Source: Camelus ferus (lineage: Eukaryota). Taken from it: 64,000 bases of DNA. Below are positions 38,285 to 50,760 of this stretch, one piece after another. Each line of letters begins with the position of its first letter. Position 1 is the stretch's first letter. Under the pieces are notes generated by a model. That model had not been told where the DNA came from. It made no database searches and saw only the letters and a program-made list of their open reading frames with translations. Where the stretch lies: positions 18,044,001 through 18,108,000 of the forward strand of contig NC_045696.1 in NCBI RefSeq assembly GCF_009834535.1, given 5' to 3'. Made by a program: the position numbers and the translations under genes.

Positions 38285-40324
38285 AGGAAGTACAAAATAA
38301 GAAGGAAAATTCAGTTTTTCTGAAACACTGTCCTGAGGATAAAAAAAGGAGGTAAACAATTTACTTACTGACACAAAACTTTTGAGGAAATCAGTATTCA
38401 GAACATAAAACATGACGCTTAGGAGTCACAAAAGATTCTTAAGCCACAAATGTAGTCACTTGTGAAGGCTCAAAGGAAAATAAGAGATTGGCCTATTACT
38501 TGATGAGAATGTGTGAGCAAAATGAGACAGCATGTCATGTTTTCAGACAGATGAATCCTGAGTGTGTTATCTCTAAAGTAAAGGAATAGTTGAGTGAAGT
38601 ATGTGAGTAGGGAACTAGAAAGAATGGGTTCCAGAAAATGCAAGTGAGGGTTAAGAATAGGAACATACAGAGAGATCTACATCCTCACTATTTTTTTGTC
38701 ACATATTAGAGAGAACAACTAGCAATATGTACTTTTCAAAAATACTTAGGAGTGATTTAGGTTGTACTTAGAAGCTGTTCATGCTTTTAATATTTGGTTC
38801 CAGCGACTGACAACAAAGAGACAAGGAATTGAAACTAAAATATAATAATTGTTGATGTTTATATGTATAAAAGTGCAATAGGTCATTCTCCATACATAAT
38901 CCTTTTAGCAAATGTTATTAAACTTTACCCTAAGAACATAAACAGCTTTTTCCAATCTAAAATCAAGACTTTATCATATTTCTCTAGATATCACAAGGTT
39001 TTTTTTTGTCTTGCTTTATTTTTATTATTTGGGTTTGTTGGTTTGTTTTCAAGATAAATATGAGTGTCAGAATTTAAAACATGAGGGAGATAATATGAAC
39101 CATTTCAGACACCAAGTTCTTCGACAAAAATTAGTCTTTACAAAATATAAAATACCAATTTATTTTTGTGCTTAGCATTTATAAGCAAACTTAGCTCATT
39201 TATTTTTAAGTTACTTTTTACTTTTCCAAATGAATTTAATCAGAGAGTTGAGCTGGATTACTAACATCTGACTAATTTTTCTCAATTTCAGCTTAAGAAG
39301 CACATACCTGGAAATCTGTGACTAGAAAAATTCATGCTGATAGTTGAACCAAAAAGTATGGAGTATTCATATCCTAGAGGTTATTTAATGTTGTGATATA
39401 AACACTGAATAAATACATTTATAATTTTATAATTAAAAGTTTGTGGGTAAATTTTTTGAATATTCATCTTATTTGTATTATTAGGACAAAAATAAATTCA
39501 ATAACATGTAATGAAACTTTCAACTTTTAAATATAGAATTATAGTTATTTTAATCTTTTTGGATTATCGTAAAAGTATATGTTCCTAATAAAGCCAGGGT
39601 TGATTTCTCAGTTTCAGATACGAGTACACTGAATTCTCTAACAGAAGAGCAAAAACTATAACAAAAATTGTCTGATATCCAGTTTGGGGCATGATCTAGT
39701 ACATTGTACCAAATCTTACTTCATTATGTAGGCTCCAGAAAAATCATCTCATTCTCTAAATGTATGATTTCCAAGTGATACTTAATAAAATAAGATACAG
39801 TATTCATAATAATAAAACATAATATCAATGTTACTTATATGCACAGCATATTACTATTTGCAAGACATTTTCACATACTTTTTTCATTGAAATACTCATG
39901 ATATGTGAAGATTTAAATTATTTGTAATTTTAGCGCTCTGTTACTGTGAAACTGGTGATACTGTATTTCTCTAAGTCCTACACTTCTCATGGATTCTCAT
40001 TTTCCTCACAAGTTTCTTTCCCTTTTGGTACCCTCACTATCCTGCATTTGTATCTTCTTTTCAGAATTTATGCATGTTTTTTACTTTTCTCATCCTATCT
40101 TTAAAATTGAGCTTCCTTAGGATCTTTGTCTTCTCCACAGCGGTCACACTTCTGCAGTGTAGCATCTGTCCTGCAGTCCTCAATCCCTCACCTCACTTTC
40201 CCTTGCTCAACCATGATAATCTGGTATTTCCCCACTGGGTCTCCTAACCTGCTATTAACCTCCTAACCTGGACTGCACTTAAATCCTCCTTGGTCCAGTC
40301 TAAAGAGTATTTGTTGTTCCTGGG

Positions 40325-40702
40325 TGCTATGTATAGAGTTGTGCCCCTCCAAAATTCATTTGCTGAAGCCTCAACCCCAAACATCTCAGAATGTGACCTT
40401 ATTCATAAACAAAGTCATAGTTTATGTAACTAGTTAAGATGAGGTCAGCTGTTAGGACCTAATATGACTGATATCTCTATAAAGGGGGAAATTTAGACAC
40501 AGACACAGACACACACATCAGGAATACTATGTGAAGAGACAAGGGAGAAGATGGCCTGGAGCAGACCCCACCCTCGTGGCCTTCAGAAGGAATCAACTCT
40601 GCAGACAGGACACCTTGAGCTTGGACTGCTAGCCTCCAGAACTGTGAGATAACAACTTGCTGTTAAGTCATTAGGTTTGTAGTACTCTTAGAGAGCAGTC
40701 CT
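40325..40702 (+). mobile_element. MaLR solo LTR, MLT1B/C-like
   Basis: 'ccaaaattcatttgctgaagcctcaacccc...tctcagaatgtgaccttatt', 'ttggactgctagcctccagaactgtgag'. Confidence 0.88.
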
Positions 40703-40704
40703 CG

Positions 40705-41310
40705 TTTCACCTGACTTTTGTCAAGTTTATATCAAATCTGACAGCTTATTTCTTCTTGAAATTCTCCTTTAATTTGTCTTCTATGACAGTTTTTCTTCCA
40801 TTTCTTCCTCTGACAAATGCTAAACCCTTAGTGTTTATCAGGGGATTACACTATTCATGTGATTCAAGAGGCATATTTCAGATGATTGAATATGAATGAC
40901 AAACTATGTATTTCCATCAATATCATCCCCTGAGTTGTAAATGCATTTAGATAAATGCCCTTGGATATTCTCATGAAATTGTTCTGTACATACTTCACAT
41001 TCCACACCAACCCAACACCTTCTCTTCCTGGGTTCCTTATCCTGGGTTCCCTAGTGCACTGATCACTTCCAAACGCTGAGAATATACCAAAAACCTGAGT
41101 ACTTTCTTTTATTCCATGCCCCCTTTGCTATGGACAGTAAATCACCAAGTTCTTGATTCTGCTTCTTTCTATTACTTCTAATGCAAATGGAAGGACACCA
41201 TCATCACTCACCTGGATAATTATTATACCTTCCCAACACATCTGTCCATAACCAGATAGATTCTCTTCTAATTCATCCACCTCACCGCATCCAGAGTGCC
41301 GTTTACTCTC
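40705..41310 (+). mobile_element. L2 fragment (probably resumes at ~42080-42190)
   Basis: 'cttcttgaaattctcc', 'aaatcaccaagttcttgattctgc', 'caccatcatcactcacctggataattatta'. Confidence 0.65.
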
Positions 41311-41314
41311 TTCT

Positions 41315-42080
41315 CAAAATTGTTACTATTTTGCCAGATTTGTCTTAACATTCTCCTTCCTTCATAGCTCTCTCCCTACCCTTCCCTCTCCATATACATT
41401 ATTCATATTATTTGTTGTAAAGTACTTTAGAGTCAACCGCATGCATAATGCATCACTATCCCTTAGTGCTTCACTGTGTATTTCCTAGGAAGAATATTCT
41501 TTACAGTATAAATTTTAAATTCAGCAAATTTATATTTAATATTAGCATGCAATCGCCAGCAGTCATTTTTTAATATGTTACTTGCCCCAGTAATGTTCTT
41601 TAAAGGAACTGTTTTTCCCGTTACCGCATTTAGTTGTCAGTCATTTCAGTCTTTTTAATCCGGAAAATTTCTTCAACCTTCCTTTGTCTTTCATTAAGTT
41701 GACATTTTTTAAACTACAAAGTTATGTTATTTCTTTTTCTTAATTTTGGATTTTCTGAGATTTCTCAAGATAAAGTTCAGGTATTTTTTGCTGAAATATT
41801 ATTGAAATGAAATTGTGTTCTTTTCAGGGTAATACATCCAGAAGCATATGATTCCATCCCTCTTATTTGTCATGTTAATTTTGATTATGTTGTTAAAGGG
41901 TGGTCCAGTTATTCAGCTCTGTAGTTACTATTTTGGTTTGTTTGTTTGTTTGTTTAACTTTGTAGTTAAAAATTTTAGGGAAGATATTTGGGACAACATT
42001 AATATTCTATCACTCATTAAACTTTGAATCTCATATTAACATTCATTGATGATTCTTGCCCAAATCATATTTTACTCATA
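41315..42080 (-). mobile_element. L1MC4/5-like 3' end inserted in L2
   Basis: 'cttcactgtgtatttcctaggaagaatattct', 'gcatttagttgtca...ctttttaatccggaa', 'aacattcattgatgattcttgcc'. Confidence 0.7.
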
Positions 42081-43402
42081 TATCACTCTTATCATAAATT
42101 TCAACATCTTAAATGCCACCTAAGATCCATGAATGATTTAGCTTTTGCTTATTTCCCCAGTTCATCCTCTTGACAACCCTCCTCCTGTGCATACATCTTT
42201 ATGTTTTTGGGAGACATGAGATGTACTTTGTTTACTACTTCAAGCTAGTCAGTATTTTCACTTACACACACATATGTGCTTCTGTGTATGTATGTGAAAT
42301 ACATCTACCACAGTTGATGTTCCTTCATTCTAATAGCCTCTCATCAAAAGCATAACAGACATTTGTAAGACTCTCAGAATTTCCTCTCAGTTCATGTAAA
42401 GTCATTCAATATACTAATTAGGAGAAATTCACTAATAAAATAATGTCATTGTCTCATATTTATTCATGTGCTGGTTATCTGTTTTCTGGATTAAAATAAT
42501 AAAATCTTAATGACAGAGTATTTTCCACCTTCCATTAAATAGTCTTTTATATACAGCTTTTCTTCAAGGCCTGGTTTGTGTTCATTTAATGCACACTTAA
42601 TTTAACAACACAGTATTAAAATATAATTAAAGATATAAATATGCAGGAGAAAAAAAGAATTAATATATCACGAGGCCAATAAAATGAACCATTGGAAGAG
42701 ATGCTATATTATCTGGGCCACTACCTTGTCCCATTAACAAAGACATTGGAGAGTTGACTGACAATTTGAACTTTAACAACATTAAGCATTCTTGCCATTT
42801 CCTTTTCTCCCCAATATAGGTGGCTGCAATCTTTACTTGTCTATATTTTGGGCTGCAAGTGAATCTATTTTTAGTTAAAATTTTAATCCCTTATAAACAC
42901 TAGAGAATGATTTTTAAATGTAGAGTGTTATTTTAACATATAAGTAAATTATATTTAAAGAAGACACAACATTTATTATTTAGTTGATGTTTCTGATTTT
43001 GATTACACAGAGAAAAAAGGAAACAATTTGTTTCTGGGCATAAAACATTGGCAGCTGTTTTCTCTGATGAAAAATTGTACACAAAAATTAGGACAGACCA
43101 GCTCAGTGCTTTCATTTCTTATCAGATGTTCACAGAGTTTGAGGTGCTGAGGGCACATGGAGAAAAAAGCCAATATCGACTTTGAAAAGCAATTTGAACT
43201 TGTTTTGAAGCCATACCTTGCAATCTGAAGTGTTCTAGTTGATAACCATTTTATATTCTGCCTTACTCATATCTTTCTCTGTCAATATTGCTGAAATTTT
43301 TGAAGTTTTTAGAAAACACATTCCCCATATTTAACAAGAAGTATTTTAAATCCAGCATTTAGTCAGAATTTACTACTCAAATAAAGTATCTCCTACTTAA
43401 AG

Positions 43403-43462
43403 TGTATATATATATATATATATAGACAGAAAGATAGACAGACAGACAGATAGATACAGATA
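43403..43462. repeat. Compound (TA)n/(AGAC/AGAT)n microsatellite
   Basis: Direct reading. Confidence 0.9.
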
Positions 43463-43800
43463 TACATGCAGATGAGAAAACAGCTATTTACTTCTTAATG
43501 AGGAAACCAAAATTATAATGCACATTTTGTTGCTGCACTGGAACACAACTAAATGTCCCCACACTTAAAACTTGAAGAACATGGTATGTGCTTATAAAAT
43601 TCTGGCTTATAAATTTACAAAAGAGAAAAAACGTAAGTATTTATATCTTGCTGAAACAATTATTTACTCAATACAGTTATTGATTTTATTATTTATGTTG
43701 AACATTGGAGAGTTATAAAAATTATTACCTATAATAATTTGCAGATAAAATTTAGATACACCTTCATAATCTTATTGTTAACATAAGAAAGCATTCCTGG

Positions 43801-43887
43801 GGAGCAGTCCCTCAGAGTGATCTGAGAGGCTGTCATCCTGGCTAGAGTCCTCCCGCCAAATAAAACATAACTCTTAAAAAAAAAAAA
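43801..43887 (+). mobile_element. Polyadenylated retrocopy of an ERV1 LTR R region with TSD
   Basis: Matches the 3' part of LTRs at 28953 and 34875; AATAAA 43859-43864; A12 at 43876-43887; attcctgg duplicated at 43793-43800 and 43887-43894. Confidence 0.8.
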
Positions 43888-44119
43888 TTCCTGGTACCCA
43901 TTAAAGATTGTTTGAAGTTATATACTACAAATTAATAATATTTGTATTCTGTAGGAATTTGCTAAGGGAATTTTTAAAGAAATACAATTAATCAATGACC
44001 ACTTTCTTCTCTCTTTCCCATAGCGTGAGCATGTGTGTGTGTGTGTACATTTGCTTGTGTTTTATTATCGAAAAACAGGAGCACGCAGGTTTTCCACTCT
44101 TTTCTTAAGCATATTCAGA

Positions 44120-44750
44120 ACCTAGTCTCCAGGTCCAGACCCTGGTAGGCAATAGCTGTAGAAGAAACATAGTGGTCAAAAATGAAAACTTTCACAAAGT
44201 CTCATCCACTGCTTCTGCTTCTACTTCTACTTCGAGAGGTCAGGAGCTACAGGTATCTGCTGTAAACCACCTCCACAACCGCCAGCCCATGAGAAACCTC
44301 ACAAGCAGGGATCACAACTCCAATCAAAACAAGTATCTCTTGCTCTAGAGTGGCCAGAACCTATCTCCCGACTGTTGTTCGTGACCACATAGACAATACA
44401 GAATTTCATATCTCCATTGGTATGAATCAACCTTAGTCTGCTTAAGCCTTGTTCTTTGATATTTTGGAATACACTGTCAACACTTTGATTTTTGTCCGAT
44501 TGACCTGTTTTTCTACTTCTGAATCTCCCTTCCAATATCACCAGACTCCTAGACAAAATTTCTACACTGCATTTTTTTGGTCCTTTGTTCATACTTCTTT
44601 TTGCTCGTACTTGACCATTATTAACATCCCCTGTGTTATGTTTATTTGTCTACTTGAGCCTGGGTACCTCTGAATTAATACTTCATCCTTTGATGTTTTA
44701 CTTCTCTGTGAAGTAATAAATCACTCACCTACCTTAAGCCTATGATAACA
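44120..44750 (+). mobile_element. Possible old LTR, family unassigned
   Basis: GC-richer island with LTR-like composition and AATAAA at ~44716; family not recognised. Confidence 0.3.
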
Positions 44751-45553
44751 GAACTGCAATATCCAAAAGTTGGCCTGCCCTGAGAATTTCTAATCAATAT
44801 TAGAATTTAGAGTAGAGTAAGAGAAATACATAGGTAATACTGGAGTACGACTTCAAATCAGATAAGAAATGCAATATGCAGAAATTATTTCATATTTATT
44901 TAGGCTTATCTTACGAATCTAGTGCCTAAGCACAATCCTTAGAGGAAATTATAATTATCACATTTTGACTGTCAAGTCAAGGACTGACATTGTTTAATTT
45001 TACACCGTATGGATTAGTACAAGTTTATTGTTTTTCTTTGCCAAAGTAATACTAACTTGACAGTACTCGATGTCCAAAATGGCTGAAAAGCATATTTTCA
45101 AGTTTAGAGTAGTTCTAGATTATTTGTGTTAGTTACTCAAGTAATATGAGTGAATTACTGAACTACACAATATTTACATTTATTTGTAGATTTTTGACTT
45201 GTACATCTTACTTTGAATTACATTTTATTTATTCCTTTGTGACTTCTTTTAATGTCAGTTAATACTATGTTTTGAAGGATTTTATTTTTCATTTGTCTAC
45301 ACAGAGCTGCACATCATTTCACTGATTATCAATTTTAATTTTTAATGAACTCCCTATTAATGGCCATTTGTGTTATGTATATTGTTCCCACTTTACAATT
45401 TTGGAAACAGTTGTGATTGAAATAGTATATACCTTATGTGTGAAAGTATGCATTTCCACATTAGAGGTTTTTTTGTTTGTTTGTTTGGGTTTTTTTGCTA
45501 ATTTGATTAGTGAAAATTACGTCTTATGACTTAATTTGAATTTCTTTATTTAC

Positions 45554-45822
45554 TGTCTTAATGCATTCAAGCTTTCTAGCAAAATACCATAGACTAGGTA
45601 GCTTATAACCAGCATGTATTTCTGGCGTTGTAGAATGCAGAATTCTGTGTCTTCACGTGGTGAAAAGAACAGGCTACTTGGATGGGGCCTCTTTTATAAG
45701 GGCCTTAATCCATCATTACCTAAGTACTTCCAGTAGGCCCCACATCTACTAGGATAATCACCTTGGGCATTAAGTTTTTGATATATGAAATTTGGAAGTA
45801 CACAAACATTTGAATCATAGCA
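45554..45822 (-). mobile_element. MLT1A-like LTR (internally deleted), inserted in old L1ME fragment (~45170-45990, minus)
   Basis: 'caaaataccatagactaggtagcttata', 'gcctcttttataagggccttaatcc', 'cacaaacatttgaatcatagca'. Confidence 0.8.
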
Positions 45823-46239
45823 TTTATAATTCTTATTTGAAACTTGTATTTGTGCTTTTGCCATTTTCCCCCAATAGATTATGTCTTTCGTACAATTTTT
45901 CTTTTAATTTTTTCATATCAAGGTATAAATTATTTTTATATTATCTATGGCAGAAATATTTTTTCCCAGTGTGATGTGGGTTTTTGTATGTTTCTTACAG
46001 GACCAGATCTAACATATTTGCAAAACTGAACTTTGAGACATGTAATTCTTACAGATGTCTCATTTACTGAAAACAAGGTGAAAGAATACATTTTCTGTAG
46101 AACATGCTAGAATATGTTAAACTGGGAAATATTCCATTAGTACATCTTATCACAGATTGTCTATATCCTCACAGGAACTTTGCCTGCATGAAGATTAGAT
46201 TATATCCTCCTTGTCCATGGTATAGATCCATCCTGATGT

Positions 46240-46415
46240 AAGAAATAAACAACCAAGATATCTGAGTCACCATGTGGAGAAACATAAGCCCCAAAGAGCT
46301 GCCGGATGCACATCAGAGCTTGCATGAGTTAGGAATCTACCTTTGTTATGCTTAGGCACTGAAATTTGGATTTAGATTATTATTAGATGTTTACCTAGAC
46401 TTTCCTCATTATTAA
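46240..46415 (+). mobile_element. MLT1I/J-like LTR 3' part
   Basis: 'ctgagtcaccatgtggag', 'tttgttatgcttaggcactgaaatttgg'. Confidence 0.55.
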
Positions 46416-46694
46416 GCTCCTATTCATCCTCTACTGAAATTGTTTCTCATAAATGGTTGTTAATTTACATGAAAAGATACTGCTGGCATCTATAAGTATG
46501 AAGTGTTTAATTGGCTAATGTAGCAAATTACATGATTTGATTGCCTTAGGTGTGTTAGGTGTATTAGGTCTTAATAACATGGTTGCCTTGTGATTTTTCT
46601 TGTCCTTTCTTTTAATGCTCTCCTTTTATAGATTCATTGCTAGGACTGTGAAAACTTTATATTAGAAGTTGGACAGCTTTTTACCTTTAATTTC

Positions 46695-47262
46695 TGTTAC
46701 TAATTTTCTGTTGCTGTATGGCAAATTACGGCAAATTCAGTGGCTTAACACAACATAAGTTTATCAGCTCTGTGGACCAGGAGTCTGTACACAGGTTGGC
46801 TGGACCCTCTGCTCAGCATCTCATCAGGCTGAAATCTCATTCAAGGCTCTGTGTCCTCTTTCAAGCCAGCTTATCATTGCCAGAAATAAGTTCTTTGCAA
46901 GGTATAGAACCAAGGTGCTTCACTGCCAGAAGCCTCCTGCAGTTACCTACCACACGGCCCCCTCCAAAATACGGCATTTTTCTTTTGTCTGCAGAAAAAA
47001 GTCTGCTGTTGTTCCAGTCTCTTCAACTTCTGTCATTGAAGTACTCATCTGATTAAGTCTGGCTCATGCAAAATAATCTCTCTTCGATTAACTAGAAGTC
47101 AGTTGTTTAGAAAATTTTATTATGTTTGCAAAATTCCTTCACTTTTGCCATATAATACAATAATATTCCATTAAAATAACAATCCCACCGACAATAAAGG
47201 TGTAGTAGAATGAAGACCTGAGGGTAGGATCCTGAGGCCAACTTAAGAATTCTGCCTACTTC
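46695..47262 (-). mobile_element. MaLR LTR, MLT1E-like
   Basis: 'cagtggcttaacacaacataagtttatc', 'gcaaaattccttcacttttgccatataa', 'ggccaacttaagaattctgcctac'. Confidence 0.85.
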
Positions 47263-50159
47263 AATCCAGAACATTACATGGAGCTTTAAAATTGACTTTT
47301 CTTTTTTGGGAGAGATTTCTGGTTGTGGCAAATTTCCAACTATCTTCCCATTTTTTCCCTCTGAGAATTTGTTCCTATTTTCCTAGGTACTGCTTCAAAA
47401 TTTTTGATATCCTTTAACCATACTGTCTCAGTAATTCTAATGCATTTGTATACATTTGTAAATATTTCCCTAATTGTTTAACATTTATTTATATGGTTAA
47501 TTTCTGCTCCAATTTTGTTATTTATACACTTGTCTTCTATTCTTTGTACTGATCAGATCATCCTTGAATGTCTAGGATATAACGGAAATTCAGGGATTCA
47601 ATCTGTCTCAACCACTCTGTCTGATGGGCGTGCTAGAGCTTCTGTGGATAACTATGTAGTTGGCTTCCTTTATAATGAAGCATTTAGATTCAGCAGATCT
47701 CACTTTGAAGACAATTCTAGCATGTCAACAGCCCCTCAGAGTCTCACACTTTTCAGGTGTAGTCCAGACTTCAACCAAGAACACAATGTATTTTGATGGA
47801 CAATCCATGGAGAATCTGAATCTTCCTCTTCTTACATGTCTTGCCCTACCAATCCCATTAGCTTCAGCAGCCTCCTGCACTCAGTGAGGTGGATGTCCCA
47901 TGTGGGGTTCATCTCTCTGCTTCCAGCTCCAAAGGGCTTCTAGGAAGAATGCCAGGTTTACTTGAGGACTGACCTTGGAGTTCTTCTCATGTAATTACTT
48001 TTGCCAAAGGACAGAGTCCAGCAAAGCTGTTCAATCACTAAAGATAGTGCCTCACATGTTTTATCCAATTCTGTAGTTGACTTTTTCTAACCAATAAATC
48101 CGGCACCGATTTCTCTGTCTAGGGTAGAGGAGAAATTCTCCATGATAATATGTAGCCAGAAGAATAGGTATTTTAAGAGAAATGCTTGATGAACTCTCTG
48201 ACGATAAGTAAATTAACATCACAATTGGAACAAAATATATTATTGGTAACTTATTTGCCATGACTCTGATGAGTCCTGAACCTTTGTTTAGAGTTTAGGA
48301 AAATTAATGCTATTATAGAATCCTCTGAAACCAGTGAACGTCAATTAGAATAATAATTTACTAAAAGAGTTAAGACCCTGTGTTTCATCTGATTTGAAAA
48401 TAACAAGTGGGTACCTTTGGGTAAGTCATAGGGAAAAGGTTACACTTCCCACAGGGTTTGCTGTGCTCCACTAGCCACTACCGAGGACAAGAGAATAGAC
48501 GGACACCTGGCAGGTTGGTGCTCAGTGTAGGAATCTAGTATCAGATCTGAAGAATGAATAATTCATGGATTCAGAAGCCAAGCCATCCATAATGAGAAAA
48601 CATAGGATTTTTATGCTCCATAATTCTTTATGCTCCAGTGTTGTTTGGAGCACACATGAAAATTTTCTTCAATATAGCCTTAAATATATATCCACAAATT
48701 CTTGCTTTCATTTGTCCCACACTTCCCCTCTTACCTACTCTTTAACAATGCCTGGAGTCTGATCACCAGCCGCTCTTCTCTTCTTGCGTTGGGCTTTCAG
48801 CTGAAATTACTTTAGTTCATTCTCACCTGGGCTTTGTCAACTTCTGGAGATTCTTTACAATCTCAAAATGACACAATCTACTAGTATGTTCTACTGACTG
48901 AAGACAGAGATTTTGGGTCAAATGGTCAGATGACTTCCCTGATAATAAACAGGGGACACTTTTGTCATTATTTGTAGGGATATATTTAGTGTCACATACA
49001 TGACCATGTATGGGGGTGGTTACGTTTCTTGTCCTGAAAGGAGGAGGGTTCATCCAATAATATTAATCATACTTAAGAGTTGTTTTCTAGTATAAAGGTT
49101 TATAAAGATTTTAGCAAGGGGAAGCATTTTAGCAAAATTTACCATAAAAGCAGGAAATGGAAAAGAATAAAGCATAACTCAGCCCAGTTGAATCTGGGGC
49201 CAGAATGTTCAGAAACACCAGAATCCTGATCCTAAAAATTTCTGTGTCCAGTGGTCTCAGAAAAGTTTGAAAAGCACTAGTGGAGTAGATAAGACAGAGC
49301 CGCCCCAAATTTAGAAAGCATGTTTTAAAAATCCCAACACAGCCCTCTTCAACTGTGTGGTCCTGGCGAAATCCAGAGACCTCTGTGGCATTCAACTTCT
49401 CCATTAGTCAAATAATTTGGTGGAAAAAGAAAGATGTAAATAATTTCTACATTAATCCCCAGCTATAGCATTGTAGCAGGGATAATCCATGTATAATCAG
49501 TTCCAGAAATAGAAATATTTATGACTTTGGTGAATAATGAATTTTTGTAATCTGAAATAATAAAATACGTAGAGGAAATATAGTCATGTTCACTGTCAAG
49601 ACACTTTTGAAACAGTTAAGACCATTCTCTTTGTAGTGTAAAACAATCTTAAGGTGCACATGGAACCCTATGATATTCTGTACTCATAAAAATGAATGAC
49701 TGGATTCATACAGATAAATGCTTAATATCTATAATATATAATAATTAATTTTTTTTTTGAAAAAAATTCCCAGTCTACATTTATAATGGCCTATTACAGG
49801 AAAAAGCATTTCAATCTCCATATGATCTAGAATGTGGCATTTTAAGCTCTGGATCTTCTCTTGTCTCAGTTTCATTATGCAAGGTGAAAATATTGTCAAG
49901 ATTACCTGGAACTTATAATACTATCACAAGTAACAGACTATCATTTTTTAAATAAGAAACTATGGATGTAACTTGAGTTTAATTATATGATGTGGAAATA
50001 ACTAGAGCACGCTCTTTTAGTAAAAAAAAAAATGTTCATGAACAGTCTCCTAGAAGGCTGGAGATGGCTGGAGCCCTCCTTTTGGTTTTGAAAGTTTGAA
50101 GACTTCTAAATATTTGAAATGTCTATATATCTATATCCACCCTCTTTCCATGTATCTGT

Positions 50160-50200
50160 GTATTTATCATCTATCTATCTATCATCTATCTATCTATCTA
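50160..50200. repeat. (TCTA/TCA)n microsatellite
   Basis: Direct reading. Confidence 0.9.
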
Positions 50201-50634
50201 AAGTACACACACCAGGGACAACTAACTATAATTTTTCAGTGTCATTCATATCAACATACTAAGAATGGGTTCATCAGCTAGAAAGTTAATTTATCCTTAA
50301 GTGAATAGAATAGATACTAAGTTTTAAGAGGAATATAAAATCTTGAACTTTTAGAGACTGTCAAAAAGGCAATTGGATGGAATGAGACACACTAAGGTAG
50401 GGAAATATGGGCCCAGGGAAATTGTTAACTCTGTGTCTCTGTCAGGGAAAAGAAATGGGAGATTTAAGTACACTTCCAACAAATCCTAGGTATCTTATCT
50501 AATGTCTCCAATATCAGACTCAACTTGATATTTTATTCATTTTCAAAATGATAAGACTTTTTACATTGTTACCAAGTGTTTCTTTTTTTTTTTTTTTTTT
50601 TTTTGGCTTCCATAAAACTCTCATATTCCCAGCT

Positions 50635-50760
50635 TTATTCATTCATTCAAACCTACAAATATGTCGTGAGTACCATATAAGCCACACACTATTTTAGGTG
50701 ATGTTGATAAAGCAATGAGCAAAACCTATTAAGCTCCCTGTCCATGTGGAATTTACATCC
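50635..50760 (-). mobile_element. L2 3' end
   Basis: 'ttcattcattcaa...gagtaccatataagcca...ctccctgtccatgtggaatttacat'. Confidence 0.7.

Noticed and set aside
48186..48272. Possible C/D-box snoRNA (TGATGA...CTGA)
   Set aside because: Weak terminal stem and no recognisable rRNA/snRNA antisense element
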